Shown here in pieces: positions 26,887 to 35,142 of a stretch of 64,000 bases of DNA. Both the position numbers and the translations under genes were made by a program. The notes beneath the pieces were generated by a model that was not told the origin of the DNA, ran no database searches, and worked only from the letters and a program-made list of their open reading frames with translations. The stretch lies in IMG/VR virus record IMGVR_UViG_3300027747_002221, positions 124,001 to 188,000 of that record. One strand, 5' to 3'. The first letter of the stretch is position 1. Each line of letters starts with the position of its first letter.

Positions 26887-27303
26887 TTAAGCAACTCCGG
26901 CTACTTTTTCTTTTGTTCTGCCATAAGCAGCAATTCCAAGAACAGCACCCATTGCAATATGGTATAACCCTGCACCCTGAAGGGTTAATGGCATCCATTG
27001 GCTTGTAACTTGTCCTGCAGACATTGCTTGTAGCATCGACCACAAGATCGGAAACAATACAAAGTCACATGTACAAGTTAACATATAAATCCAACCCATC
27101 ATGGGTCGCATTTTCTTATTGATCCAATCAGTAGAATCCTTATCCAATGCTACTGTGGACTCACCACCTTGACTTAATGCACCACCGCCGCTTTTGAGCA
27201 TCTCAGGATTACCAGATTGGAATCCATTTGGTGGTACTGCATTTGTATTAAATGGTGTAGGGTTTTTTACTTCAGCTGCTGCGTGAGAATCCCAATCTGC
27301 CAT
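26887..27303 (-). CDS. Holin-like membrane protein (3TM/GTA-holin type)
   Basis: MRPMMGWIYM...WMPLTLQGAGLYHIAMGAVLGIAAYGRTKEK. Confidence 0.65.
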   Translation of the reverse strand: MADWDSHAAAEVKNPTPFNTNAVPPNGFQSGNPEMLKSGGGALSQGGESTVALDKDSTDWINKKMRPMMGWIYMLTCTCDFVLFPILWSMLQAMSAGQVTSQWMPLTLQGAGLYHIAMGAVLGIAAYGRTKEKVAGVA

Positions 27304-27377
27304 AACTAACTCCTTTTATTGTTATTATTGATATCATATAAAATGGTGTAGTTGTTATGTCAAATCAACATTCTAGA

Positions 27378-27593
27378 TTACTCGGGCGTTGTGCCCGCTT
27401 TTTTACGAGGACGCTTGACAACTGCCTTTACATCTTCGGTATTTACCTTGCCGTCTTTGTTGACGTCCAAAGTTTCTTTAATTTCTTGTTCTGTTTTGAC
27501 CAAGGCTTCATTTAAAGTCATAGGAGTATTTAGAAACTTATAGCCCCAAACCAATACTCCACCTACGAACACACCCAATAAAAATAATCCCAT
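27378..27593 (-). CDS. Small membrane-anchored protein with EF-hand-like loop
   Basis: N-terminal hydrophobic helix; DVNKDGKVNTED. Confidence 0.6.
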   Translation of the reverse strand: MGLFLLGVFVGGVLVWGYKFLNTPMTLNEALVKTEQEIKETLDVNKDGKVNTEDVKAVVKRPRKKAGTTPE

Positions 27594-27666
27594 AAGATCT
27601 CCCTTTTTCAGTTTTTACATTAGTCCGGCCCGAAACGGCCCAGATTGCTACATATTATATATACCT

Positions 27667-28128
27667 TTACTTCCAATCCTGTAAGGCCTCGTCGAAGTCC
27701 GAGAATCTCTTGACCACGAATCGTTTTGGTAAGGTATCGAAATATCCAAAGTCTTCGGAAGTTTTATCCAGTCGAACTTTAGACTTTATTTGTTCGTTGT
27801 TTAGATCCCCGACAAACACCAAACTAAACGAGGAATACTCAGTTTGGGCTTCGAAAGCAGACTCAGTATAATTATCCTCATAAAAGCCAATAGGTATCAA
27901 GTCTCCGGTATATTTGATTCCAATCTCTTCGAAAATCTTTCGGCGAGCTGCGGCATCTACGGATTCTCCCTTATGGACACGTCCACCAATAGGCCAGTAA
28001 ATGCCTTTACATGGCTCATCTGCTCTTTTAATGAGTAATACTTTATCCTTGTATCTCAATATAATATCAACGCATAAAATGGGTATCTTTTGTATAATTT
28101 TTTTGTATTCATTCGCTTGTATAAACAT
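27667..28128 (-). CDS. NUDIX hydrolase (GDP-mannose hydrolase-like)
   Basis: IPILCVDII, WPIGGRVHKGES...AARRKIFEEIGI. Confidence 0.82.
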   Translation of the reverse strand: MFIQANEYKKIIQKIPILCVDIILRYKDKVLLIKRADEPCKGIYWPIGGRVHKGESVDAAARRKIFEEIGIKYTGDLIPIGFYEDNYTESAFEAQTEYSSFSLVFVGDLNNEQIKSKVRLDKTSEDFGYFDTLPKRFVVKRFSDFDEALQDWK

Positions 28129-28157
28129 AATCTCTTTCTTAATGTATACAGTATTTA

Positions 28158-28550
28158 TTAGTTATCAGCATGGGGTAAATTAGCTATCTGTTTAATAAAC
28201 GCTATTGCTTGTTTAATTTGATCGATATCTTTACGCATAAACGCTGTGCCAATATAGTATCCTTTTATGTTGGATAATCCCATTAGTGTATAACGATCTC
28301 TTACGTATATGTATTCTTTACCGTAGTTATCCGCGAGTTTCTTATGGACGTAGTTATCGAATTCTGCACGGTTGCCCGCCACAATGTATGTTTCCTGTTT
28401 GTCGAGCTTAATATCCTCATCCTCATCCTCGATCATATCATTGAGATCTTCCATTGTGTAGACACCCTTTTTAATCAACATATTACCGAGGCTCTCCTCT
28501 GCTCGTTGTATTTCTTCTTCGGTAAAGACACCCTTTGTATTGAAGGTCAT
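28158..28550 (-). CDS. Hypothetical protein
   Basis: 130-aa ORF. Confidence 0.6.
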   Translation of the reverse strand: MTFNTKGVFTEEEIQRAEESLGNMLIKKGVYTMEDLNDMIEDEDEDIKLDKQETYIVAGNRAEFDNYVHKKLADNYGKEYIYVRDRYTLMGLSNIKGYYIGTAFMRKDIDQIKQAIAFIKQIANLPHADN

Positions 28551-28712
28551 ATTATAGTAACTTTTTTCTGGAGAAATTTTTCTGGGAAATTTTTTTATAG
28601 GGAGATTTTTAAAATCAAGGTTAATATTAGCAGGCCGCTATATGCTATATAAGCATACTAGCACTTTCTGTGTGCTAATTAGGGGGGTCTGTGCTAGAGA
28701 GCTAAAATCCTG

Positions 28713-28886
28713 TTAGGACACTATACGGTATGGGTCTCCTGCCATATCCTCGTGGTAACGCTGTTCGTCTAGATATGCGATACCTTGCTCTACGAGCTCT
28801 ACGTCTACACCTAGCATAACCGCTATGCTATATGCGTTATACCCCTGGTCCATTAGAGGTTCTATATCTATGATCAGATCTTTCAT
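28713..28886 (-). CDS. Small HTH-like protein (57 aa)
   Basis: Manual: MKDLIIDIEPLMDQGYNAYSIAVMLGVDVELVEQGIAYL... Confidence 0.65.
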   Translation of the reverse strand: MKDLIIDIEPLMDQGYNAYSIAVMLGVDVELVEQGIAYLDEQRYHEDMAGDPYRIVS

Positions 28887-28895
28887 GCTATACCC

Positions 28896-29153
28896 TTATG
28901 CGTATTCGTAGAACTTAACTGTGGGGTCTAATGCTGTCAATTGCTTCGCAACTTTGGTCAACTGCTTGTGACGGGCAATAACTGTTGCTCGGGGCAACTC
29001 GCCATCGCAGGTCAAGTTCTCAGGGGATAAATCTGAGTCGATCATATCGGCAATGCGCTGACGGTCTTCTCGAGATGCTAGGCTCAGACCTTTCTTGTTG
29101 AATATCGCATTCCACGAGTTCTTTTGATTCACGTACTCTTTGAGTTCTTTCAT
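28896..29153 (-). CDS. Hypothetical early protein
   Basis: Start corrected to MKELKE (AGGAG SD, promoter upstream). Confidence 0.7.
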   Translation of the reverse strand: MKELKEYVNQKNSWNAIFNKKGLSLASREDRQRIADMIDSDLSPENLTCDGELPRATVIARHKQLTKVAKQLTALDPTVKFYEYA

Positions 29154-29178
29154 GCTTGCTCCTTTGTTACTATGTCTT

Positions 29179-29207
29179 ATTATAACACCGTTTGGTACGA
29201 AAGTCAA
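29179..29207 (-). promoter_or_regulatory. sigma70-type early promoter
   Basis: TTGACT-17-TATAAT, extended -10. Confidence 0.9.
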
Positions 29208-29233
29208 CAATAACCCTTTGGGATACTGGGGTA

Positions 29234-29262
29234 TTGACTCCTGCCCCTTTTGGTGTTATAAT
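29234..29262 (+). promoter_or_regulatory. Plus-strand sigma70-type promoter, antisense to the ATPase gene
   Basis: TTGACT-17-TATAAT with GGTGT immediately before the -10. Confidence 0.75.
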
Positions 29263-30164
29263 TACGCACCTTGAGTAATAACATACTTAGCCAAGTTCTT
29301 CCAATTGCCACCCTCTGCGCGAATCTTTGTCGTTGCTATCAGAGTACGCAAACTCAAATTCTTGATGCTGTTCATGTTGTCGCGCAAAAAGTTGATTGCG
29401 TCTGCTTTGTACGCTGTACTGTATTCCTCGAGAAACTCAGGATCTGCTACAAGCACTTCCATGCGCTCGATCTTTTGACCTTGCGTCATGCTTAGGTCAA
29501 CGCACATTGCTCGCGAACGAACTGCTTGGTCTAAACGCTCGAGGTCTTTGTTTGAGATGAAAATAATTGTACCTGTGAACTTGAATGACCTGGGCAGATC
29601 CTCGTCTTTCATATCTGCGTTCCAGCTGATCCAACGCTCGCCGTATGAGTCAAGAGCGCCTTTAAGCAAATTCAATGCTACGGGGTCTGTCAACACACTG
29701 TCACAGTCGTCAAACACTAGCACTTGGCCGTTGCCTTCGAACAGCGTACGATACAAGCCCTTTGCTGTAGAGAAGCCTTTAATCACCTTATAAGACTTAG
29801 GTGTATTAATGCGAGCACCTACCTCAAACTTAGTGAGGTCTGTGGTGTCTGCCATGCCGTTGGTCTTAAGAGCTTTCAACACCGTGTGCGTCTTACCCAG
29901 GCCGCCTTGACCTGTGATAATTGCTGATGCGATTGTCTTTTTAGCGACCATGCCGACCATCTGCTCTACGAATTCAAAGCGCTCGTTGATACCAAATTCG
30001 GATGCCTTCTCAGTCACATCGTTCTGCACCTGACCTACCACAAAGCCCAGCTTTGCTAACTGGTCTTTTACATAAGATTCGTGTCGTGAGCGTGATACCA
30101 TTTTGCCATCTACGAAACCCTCGAAACGATTCTTGGTGCTGTTGAACTTGACTGCTATTTCCAT
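29262..30164 (-). CDS. AAA+/P-loop ATPase
   Basis: Walker A GQGGLGKT, Walker B VLVFDDCD, IIFISN, AVRSRA; start corrected to MEIAVK. Confidence 0.85.
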   Translation of the reverse strand: MEIAVKFNSTKNRFEGFVDGKMVSRSRHESYVKDQLAKLGFVVGQVQNDVTEKASEFGINERFEFVEQMVGMVAKKTIASAIITGQGGLGKTHTVLKALKTNGMADTTDLTKFEVGARINTPKSYKVIKGFSTAKGLYRTLFEGNGQVLVFDDCDSVLTDPVALNLLKGALDSYGERWISWNADMKDEDLPRSFKFTGTIIFISNKDLERLDQAVRSRAMCVDLSMTQGQKIERMEVLVADPEFLEEYSTAYKADAINFLRDNMNSIKNLSLRTLIATTKIRAEGGNWKNLAKYVITQGA

Positions 30165-30194
30165 TTTGTTTCCTTTTTGCTGTAACATGTCTTA

Positions 30195-30223
30195 ATTATA
30201 TGTGCTTTTGATTAAGCTGTCAA
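30195..30223 (-). promoter_or_regulatory. sigma70-type early promoter
   Basis: TTGACA-17-TATAAT. Confidence 0.9.
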
Positions 30224-30405
30224 CCAAAAACCCTTTGAGCATCAGGGTCATTCTCATAATACTCATTCTCGGCATCTTCGAATATAGCGTTGGTCTCAGA
30301 CCAGAGCTCTAGCTCGCTGACATCTATAGTGGGTCTGGTCTCATATAAGCATCCTAAGACCATACTGATTTGAGTATCAGTTAATTGTATTGTTACTTTT
30401 CTCAT
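30220..30405 (-). CDS. Hypothetical early protein
   Basis: 61 aa, ATGA overlap. Confidence 0.6.
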   Translation of the reverse strand: MRKVTIQLTDTQISMVLGCLYETRPTIDVSELELWSETNAIFEDAENEYYENDPDAQRVFG

Positions 30406-30557
30406 AGTGATTCCTCATATACAATTTCGTCTATAGCACATGCTAAAGCATTAAACGCATTTTGCACAGCATCATTTTCGTCTAAACCGAGTTCGTCTAA
30501 AGCATTTTGCACGCTAATTAATAAGCTGTCTAATTGTTGTTTTTGTAAATTTTGCAT
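30402..30557 (-). CDS. Small acidic early protein
   Basis: Start corrected to MQNLQK (AGGA SD). Confidence 0.62.
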   Translation of the reverse strand: MQNLQKQQLDSLLISVQNALDELGLDENDAVQNAFNALACAIDEIVYEESL

Positions 30558-30584
30558 TTTGTTTCCTTTTCTTAATATGCCTCT

Positions 30585-30613
30585 ATTATAGCACAATTTG
30601 GTGAACCTGTCAA
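30585..30613 (-). promoter_or_regulatory. sigma70-type early promoter
   Basis: TTGACA-17-TATAAT. Confidence 0.9.
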
Positions 30614-30645
30614 CCAATAACCCTATACCCTTACGGGTTATAATG

Positions 30646-30822
30646 TTACTTGCTATAATCATCTACAAAATGCATCAGCTCCTCGTAAACGCACTCATAT
30701 GCATCTGTCATTACGCTATCCAAATCATCATAGTTATCACTACAATATTTGACTGCTTCTGTAATTGAGAGACCGTTGTCTCTAGCAAAATTTGCAAATA
30801 CTACTAGGGGATGCTTACTCAT
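30646..30822 (-). CDS. Small acidic early protein (58 aa)
   Basis: Manual: MSKHPLVVFANFARDNGLSITEAVKYC...; SD and promoter upstream. Confidence 0.65.
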   Translation of the reverse strand: MSKHPLVVFANFARDNGLSITEAVKYCSDNYDDLDSVMTDAYECVYEELMHFVDDYSK

Positions 30823-30856
30823 TTTTAATTTCCTTTTCTTTTCTTAATATGCCGCT

Positions 30857-30885
30857 ATTATAGCACATTCTGACCAAACCGTCAA
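30857..30885 (-). promoter_or_regulatory. sigma70-type early promoter
   Basis: TTGACG-17-TATAAT. Confidence 0.88.
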
Positions 30886-30971
30886 GCAAAGACCCTATAG
30901 CCGAGTAGGACATAGGGTTTTTAAAAATGCAAAAGAATGCAAATTGCAAAACTATTGTATGGGGGATTCTG

Positions 30972-31095
30972 ATAGGCGATTGCTATAATAGAGAATGCCT
31001 ATCGGTTCCTGGATTCTGATAGTCTCCGTCTATAATAGAAGCCGCCTATGGGAAATGCTCTGCAATAGACACAGACTATAATAGTCGCAGGCTAT
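30972..31095. repeat. Three spaced repeats ATAG-N7-CTAT-A-ATAG-N7-CTAT (period 47/46 bp); candidate iterons
   Basis: Units at 30972-31002, 31019-31049 and 31065-31095, in a non-coding gap of about 400 bp next to an AT-rich tract. Confidence 0.85.
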
Positions 31096-31291
31096 GAGGT
31101 TTTGATTTCAAATTTAAAAAATTAATAATAAACTCCGGGATTCTTCACCATATACACACTTTTACGCCATATAAATACCGTCTAATATAGGCTCGATTAT
31201 ACGAGCTCTTGCGAGTTCTAGATAATGCAAATCACGATTCTAGCAGCATCTTATATTGCGTTTAACTATTATAGCAACATAATACTTAACT

Positions 31292-31441
31292 CTACATTCC
31301 ATGTCTTGAGGCAACTTTTCGATCCATCTCTGAGCGCAACTCTGTAGGCAACTCTATACGTGATCCTATAGCCATGCCTATACCGTATCCTAATAGAAAC
31401 CCTATAAAAAGGCCTAATACTATGCACATAACGTATTCCAT
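31292..31441 (-). CDS. Small membrane protein (49 aa)
   Basis: Manual: MEYVMCIVLGLFIGFLLGYGIGMAIGSR... Confidence 0.5.
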   Translation of the reverse strand: MEYVMCIVLGLFIGFLLGYGIGMAIGSRIELPTELRSEMDRKVASRHGM

Positions 31442-31613
31442 ATTATAAAGTACTTTCTAGTTCTTTGATTCGATTGTTCATATTATCCCCAAATACTTTG
31501 ATATATTGCGTAGAAAAAGACAAACATGGTCATAAAGAAAAGCAAAGGTTGCAATATGATAAACCATAAGAACATTATGATAAAATCCGGGTTTAAATAT
31601 TTTAAATATTTTT

Positions 31614-31796
31614 TCATTTTTCAATCCTTACACATCGCATATTCACATATCCTTTTTTACCCTTTGCATCCGCTTCAAATGCACGAATAGCCTGTTCACA
31701 TTTTTCAAAGGTATTAAATTCCATTGTGGGAATCACTGTATTGGTAAAATGCCCATTACTGTTTAACACAATCAAAACAAATACAATAGTGTTCAT
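31614..31796 (-). CDS. Hypothetical protein
   Basis: 60 aa, GGAG SD. Confidence 0.6.
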   Translation of the reverse strand: MNTIVFVLIVLNSNGHFTNTVIPTMEFNTFEKCEQAIRAFEADAKGKKGYVNMRCVRIEK

Positions 31797-31933
31797 TCTT
31801 CAAACTCCAAAAAGATATAGTATGGTACTATTAGTATACCTGTTATCGTCATCAATGCGATGCCGGCCATTAGGTATACTAGATAAAATGGTGTTAGTAC
31901 CCATTCAATTAAATCAACATCAAGACTCATCAT

Positions 31934-32359
31934 TTACTCCCAAGTTCTATGAACTTCTGCAATATGCTCAAGTCCATCATATTCTTCAACAGTATATTCA
32001 ACACCGTCAGGAATATCCACAACTCTCAGGTTGGCGCAATGACCATTGGCAACATCACCTAGTTCTTCAACTACTTGGGCCAATACTGGGTCGTGACGTT
32101 CAATATCTCGTTCATAAAACGATTGTTCAGAACACAATTTATTATATGCTTGGCGATCATTCATAGGCATTGCATAAAATGCTTCACCTTCTTTTCTCTC
32201 AACACGATCTTCTGATTTTACCAACCAATAGGTCCAGAATCCCCAATAACTTTTATCCTGTTCTGGGTAAACAACAATATCTTTAATTTCAAGATATCGC
32301 ATAACAGCTTCGTGACTCAAGTTAAAGCCACCATAACATTTATTGATTACTACTTTCAT
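31934..32359 (-). CDS. Conserved phage hypothetical protein
   Basis: MKVVINKCYGGFNLSHEA...RHDPVLAQVVEELG...VEEYDGLEHIAE. Confidence 0.75.
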   Translation of the reverse strand: MKVVINKCYGGFNLSHEAVMRYLEIKDIVVYPEQDKSYWGFWTYWLVKSEDRVERKEGEAFYAMPMNDRQAYNKLCSEQSFYERDIERHDPVLAQVVEELGDVANGHCANLRVVDIPDGVEYTVEEYDGLEHIAEVHRTWE

Positions 32360-32361
32360 TA

Positions 32362-32760
32362 TCAATCTCCAAAAACTGTTCCACGTTGTTGCTCATAATC
32401 ATAGAATGCTACTAGCTTAGCTGGCTCGTTATTTTCTGGCTTAGCATAATAAACAGTTAAGCCACCTAGATCACGCGATGCATAAAACTGCGTCTCGTTA
32501 AAAATAGTAAGTTCAGCTAACACTTCTAGCTCATCAGAATACTCACGATCGCTGTAGTCTATAGTATAGACTTTAGTGTTATTAATTTTCTCAGATTCTT
32601 TGTCAGTTATTTGATGCACAATGTTGCCCTCGTTTACGTTGGTCTGAAGTTTGTTGAATGCATAATACAAATGCTTCACGTCTGCATCGTCAGAGTACTT
32701 GCCATATACTTTGTCGATAGCTGAAAACATATACTGAAAGTGTTGTTGCTGTGTCTGCAT
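32362..32760 (-). CDS. Hypothetical early protein
   Basis: 132 aa, GGAG SD, promoter upstream. Confidence 0.7.
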   Translation of the reverse strand: MQTQQQHFQYMFSAIDKVYGKYSDDADVKHLYYAFNKLQTNVNEGNIVHQITDKESEKINNTKVYTIDYSDREYSDELEVLAELTIFNETQFYASRDLGGLTVYYAKPENNEPAKLVAFYDYEQQRGTVFGD

Positions 32761-32786
32761 AGTATTCTCCGAGTTGCTAGATCTTA

Positions 32787-32815
32787 ATTATAACACCTTT
32801 GGCATTCTATGTCAA
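32787..32815 (-). promoter_or_regulatory. sigma70-type early promoter
   Basis: TTGACA-17-TATAAT, extended -10. Confidence 0.92.
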
Positions 32816-32829
32816 GCGCTTTCTAGCAT

Positions 32830-33024
32830 TCAATCTCTATCCACTCCAACGCAGATATAGGACTTTCGGTTATCCTGATTTTTCTTGGACAACCGTTTTT
32901 CCTCTCTAAAGCATTCTGTCCAATTATCATAATACTTTAGTGGTTCATACCTAAGATCAACCTTTTGAGTTGTTGGATCCTGTGTAAGAATGGCTACTAC
33001 TAATACTATATCTGGAAAAATCAT
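32830..33024 (-). CDS. Hypothetical protein
   Basis: Likely start MIFPDIVLV. Confidence 0.55.
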   Translation of the reverse strand: MIFPDIVLVVAILTQDPTTQKVDLRYEPLKYYDNWTECFREEKRLSKKNQDNRKSYICVGVDRD

Positions 33025-33028
33025 ATTG

Positions 33029-33256
33029 TTAAATGTAAAAACATTCTCCGCGTTTGTCTGCACCGATAGAATCATACACATACTCACGGACAACAGTATC
33101 CAATGCCTCGCCGTATAGATCATGGTTGCTATCTGCTAATTGCACAAGTTCTTCGTATGTTTGTGCCCAAGTATAATTATTTTGTATTGCTCGCAACACA
33201 ATGCCGTGAATTTCGTTGTTGCCTTCAGGTGAATACATTCCGTAATTGTTTACCAT
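33029..33256 (-). CDS. Hypothetical protein
   Basis: 75-aa ORF. Confidence 0.6.
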   Translation of the reverse strand: MVNNYGMYSPEGNNEIHGIVLRAIQNNYTWAQTYEELVQLADSNHDLYGEALDTVVREYVYDSIGADKRGECFYI

Positions 33257-33564
33257 GCCAATTCCTTTGCTTTAAATCTGATCTGACCTTCATACTCAAA
33301 CTGAGACTTCTCAAAGTCTGTCATATAGTCGTTATCAACCAATTCCCATCCCATCACCTCACGGCGAAAGTATTCGCTGTTCTCTTCAATCTGACTGCGA
33401 AGAGCCATGACCGCTTCGGTGGCTTCTTTCTCACCGCCTTTAAACTTGGGCACAAAGAAGTCTTCGCCACCTTTGAACTTCCAATACTGGGGGCACTCAC
33501 CTTTGCCGTCCCAATCATGTGCGCCATAGTTCTCTTGATCCTGTGTCCAAATGTGCAATTTCAT
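33250..33564 (-). CDS. Conserved phage hypothetical protein
   Basis: MKLHIWTQDQENYGAHDWDGKGECPQYWKFKGG; AGGA SD. Confidence 0.72.
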   Translation of the reverse strand: MKLHIWTQDQENYGAHDWDGKGECPQYWKFKGGEDFFVPKFKGGEKEATEAVMALRSQIEENSEYFRREVMGWELVDNDYMTDFEKSQFEYEGQIRFKAKELAW

Positions 33565-33594
33565 TGTCTGTTCCTTTTTGCTGTTCATGTCATT

Positions 33595-33623
33595 ATTATA
33601 ACACCTTTTGGTCAACCAGTCAA
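33595..33623 (-). promoter_or_regulatory. sigma70-type early promoter
   Basis: TTGACT-17-TATAAT, extended -10. Confidence 0.92.
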
Positions 33624-33654
33624 GAAAAACCCTGCACAGAGCAGGGTTACTATA

Positions 33655-33680
33655 GGTAATAAAAAGGTTTTACCTTTTAG
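33655..33680. repeat. 26-bp exact repeat (also at 36066-36091) containing an AAAAGGT-TTT-ACCTTTT hairpin
   Basis: ggtaataaaaaggttttaccttttag at both positions. Confidence 0.9.
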
Positions 33681-33877
33681 AGATACGTATCTATTTGAGA
33701 TCCCTTAGCTCTAATAGCTTGTATAAAGGCTCTTTGTGTATAAATGATGTCTGCAACTGTCGCGACGAATTGCGTATTTTGCACTTCCACTCTTTCAGGT
33801 AAAGAATGTGCATCTGTACGTCTAAGTTCAGTCACAAGGTTAATAGTAGGGACAACTTCTGCAGAATGAATTCTCAT
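33677..33877 (-). CDS. Hypothetical protein
   Basis: 66 aa, ATGA overlap. Confidence 0.55.
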   Translation of the reverse strand: MRIHSAEVVPTINLVTELRRTDAHSLPERVEVQNTQFVATVADIIYTQRAFIQAIRAKGSQIDTYL

Positions 33878-34011
33878 GTTATAATTTCTTTTATAATATC
33901 TAATGCTATACGAACTGTGTCTAAATCTACGTTTAGACTGGCAGCAATTTCTAGTACATCAAATTTACGTTCAAATAGCTCTCTAATTTGATTTAATAGG
34001 TCTCTTTTCAT
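33874..34011 (-). CDS. Small HTH-like protein (45 aa)
   Basis: Manual: MKRDLLNQIRELFERKFDVLEIAASLNVDLDTVRIALDII...; AGGA SD. Confidence 0.65.
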   Translation of the reverse strand: MKRDLLNQIRELFERKFDVLEIAASLNVDLDTVRIALDIIKEIIT

Positions 34012-34140
34012 TGTAAATTCCTTTTAGTTATTTATACCAACCCCTTAGAGAGATATAGGTGCCGTCAGTATACTCTGCTTCTATTGAGAATGCGCAAAGG
34101 CATACAAGATAAACAAAAATCCATAATAGTGATCTAAACA

Positions 34141-34323
34141 TTACATTTCACCTGCTTGCTGTTGTCGAATATACTCTCCATATAAAAGATTGTATGCTTT
34201 TTGTATTTCATCAGATAGAATAGTTGCATCTTTTTCAATTTGATTAGCAATGGCATTTGCCAATGCTCTGGATAAAAAAATCTCTCGTGTATGCCCAGTA
34301 GGTTCGATTTCAACATTACTCAT
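34141..34323 (-). CDS. Hypothetical protein
   Basis: Likely start MSNVEI. Confidence 0.55.
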   Translation of the reverse strand: MSNVEIEPTGHTREIFLSRALANAIANQIEKDATILSDEIQKAYNLLYGEYIRQQQAGEM

Positions 34324-34732
34324 ACTCTTCTTCCTCATAACTAGGAGTAGTTTCAATTACTACATGACCAAACTGAATTCTTCCGTCCCAATCAGATTCG
34401 CCTCGACCACCCACGGTCACAAAATCCTCATCAAATTCAAGAATAGCGCCTACATCTAAAAATTGGTCAAAATTATCAACATACTTGATATCGTCTAAAA
34501 GAATACAACCAATTGATCCTGAATCTACACTATATGAAAAGCCATAATGATCATGGTATGTTCCATCACCATATGCTGTGCTGTACATTGCAAATCTACG
34601 ACCATCTTTTAATTGAAATTCGCCTTCAAGGACTCGTGTACCCTGTATGGTGATATCACAAATATCTAGCCATTCATCATCGGCCATTACATAGCACAAG
34701 TCGCCAATATAATATTTTCCTGCTGGCATCAT
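34316..34732 (-). CDS. Conserved phage hypothetical protein
   Basis: PAGKYYIGDLCYV...TAYGDGTY...VDSGSIGCI. Confidence 0.72.
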   Translation of the reverse strand: MMPAGKYYIGDLCYVMADDEWLDICDITIQGTRVLEGEFQLKDGRRFAMYSTAYGDGTYHDHYGFSYSVDSGSIGCILLDDIKYVDNFDQFLDVGAILEFDEDFVTVGGRGESDWDGRIQFGHVVIETTPSYEEEEYE

Positions 34733-34734
34733 AA

Positions 34735-35004
34735 TTACAACACTCCTAGTTGTTTCTGAATAACGTAAACAATTTCTTCACGCATACCTGAAGTCATTTC
34801 AAGATATGCCCATGCTGGAAGATATTCATCTAAACGATGTATATCTAAGGGTTTTGGTTGAGCCTGTTTAGTATATTCTTCTAGTTGATCCAGTGTAAAT
34901 GCCCAGTTTGGTCCTTCGACCTCGGCACCCACACTCGATGCTAGTTTTACAATATCTAATCTATTCAAGAAGTTTCTCCGACTGATTCTACAATACGTTG
35001 CCAC
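34735..35004 (-). CDS. Hypothetical protein
   Basis: 89-aa ORF. Confidence 0.55.
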   Translation of the reverse strand: MATYCRISRRNFLNRLDIVKLASSVGAEVEGPNWAFTLDQLEEYTKQAQPKPLDIHRLDEYLPAWAYLEMTSGMREEIVYVIQKQLGVL

Positions 35005-35132
35005 CGATATGCAACAACATTCTCAACCATAGTTACGGGGATATCCAAAACTGCAGCAATTTCATCAATCATAAGATTTGTGCTGCTAAGCAGATCATTA
35101 ATCTCTGCATCCAATTCTGACATTTTACTCAT
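34965..35132 (-). CDS. Small HTH-like protein (55 aa)
   Basis: MSKMSELDAEINDLLSSTNLMIDEIAAVLDIPVTMVENVVAY; AGGAG SD. Confidence 0.68.
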   Translation of the reverse strand: MSKMSELDAEINDLLSSTNLMIDEIAAVLDIPVTMVENVVAYRWQRIVESVGETS

Positions 35133-35142
35133 AGTTTGCTCC

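Noticed and set aside
27615-27650. GC-rich GGCC/GGCC element upstream of the 71-aa membrane gene
   Set aside because: Only about 4 contiguous base pairs can be formed; this is not enough to call a terminator or ncRNA.
30639-30644. Second plus-strand (antisense) promoter at a TATAAT
   Set aside because: The hexamer 17 bp upstream is AATAAC, not a -35 match.
30972-31095. CRISPR-like repeat-spacer array
   Set aside because: The constant parts are only 4-9 nt and the variable parts 7-16 nt; no cas genes are present. The nearby PD-(D/E)xK nuclease is the usual phage exonuclease.
34029-34142. Possible frameshifted small gene (MFRSLLW... and ...FSIEAEYTDGTYISLRGWYK in different frames)
   Set aside because: Too short to distinguish from chance or an assembly error without homologs.
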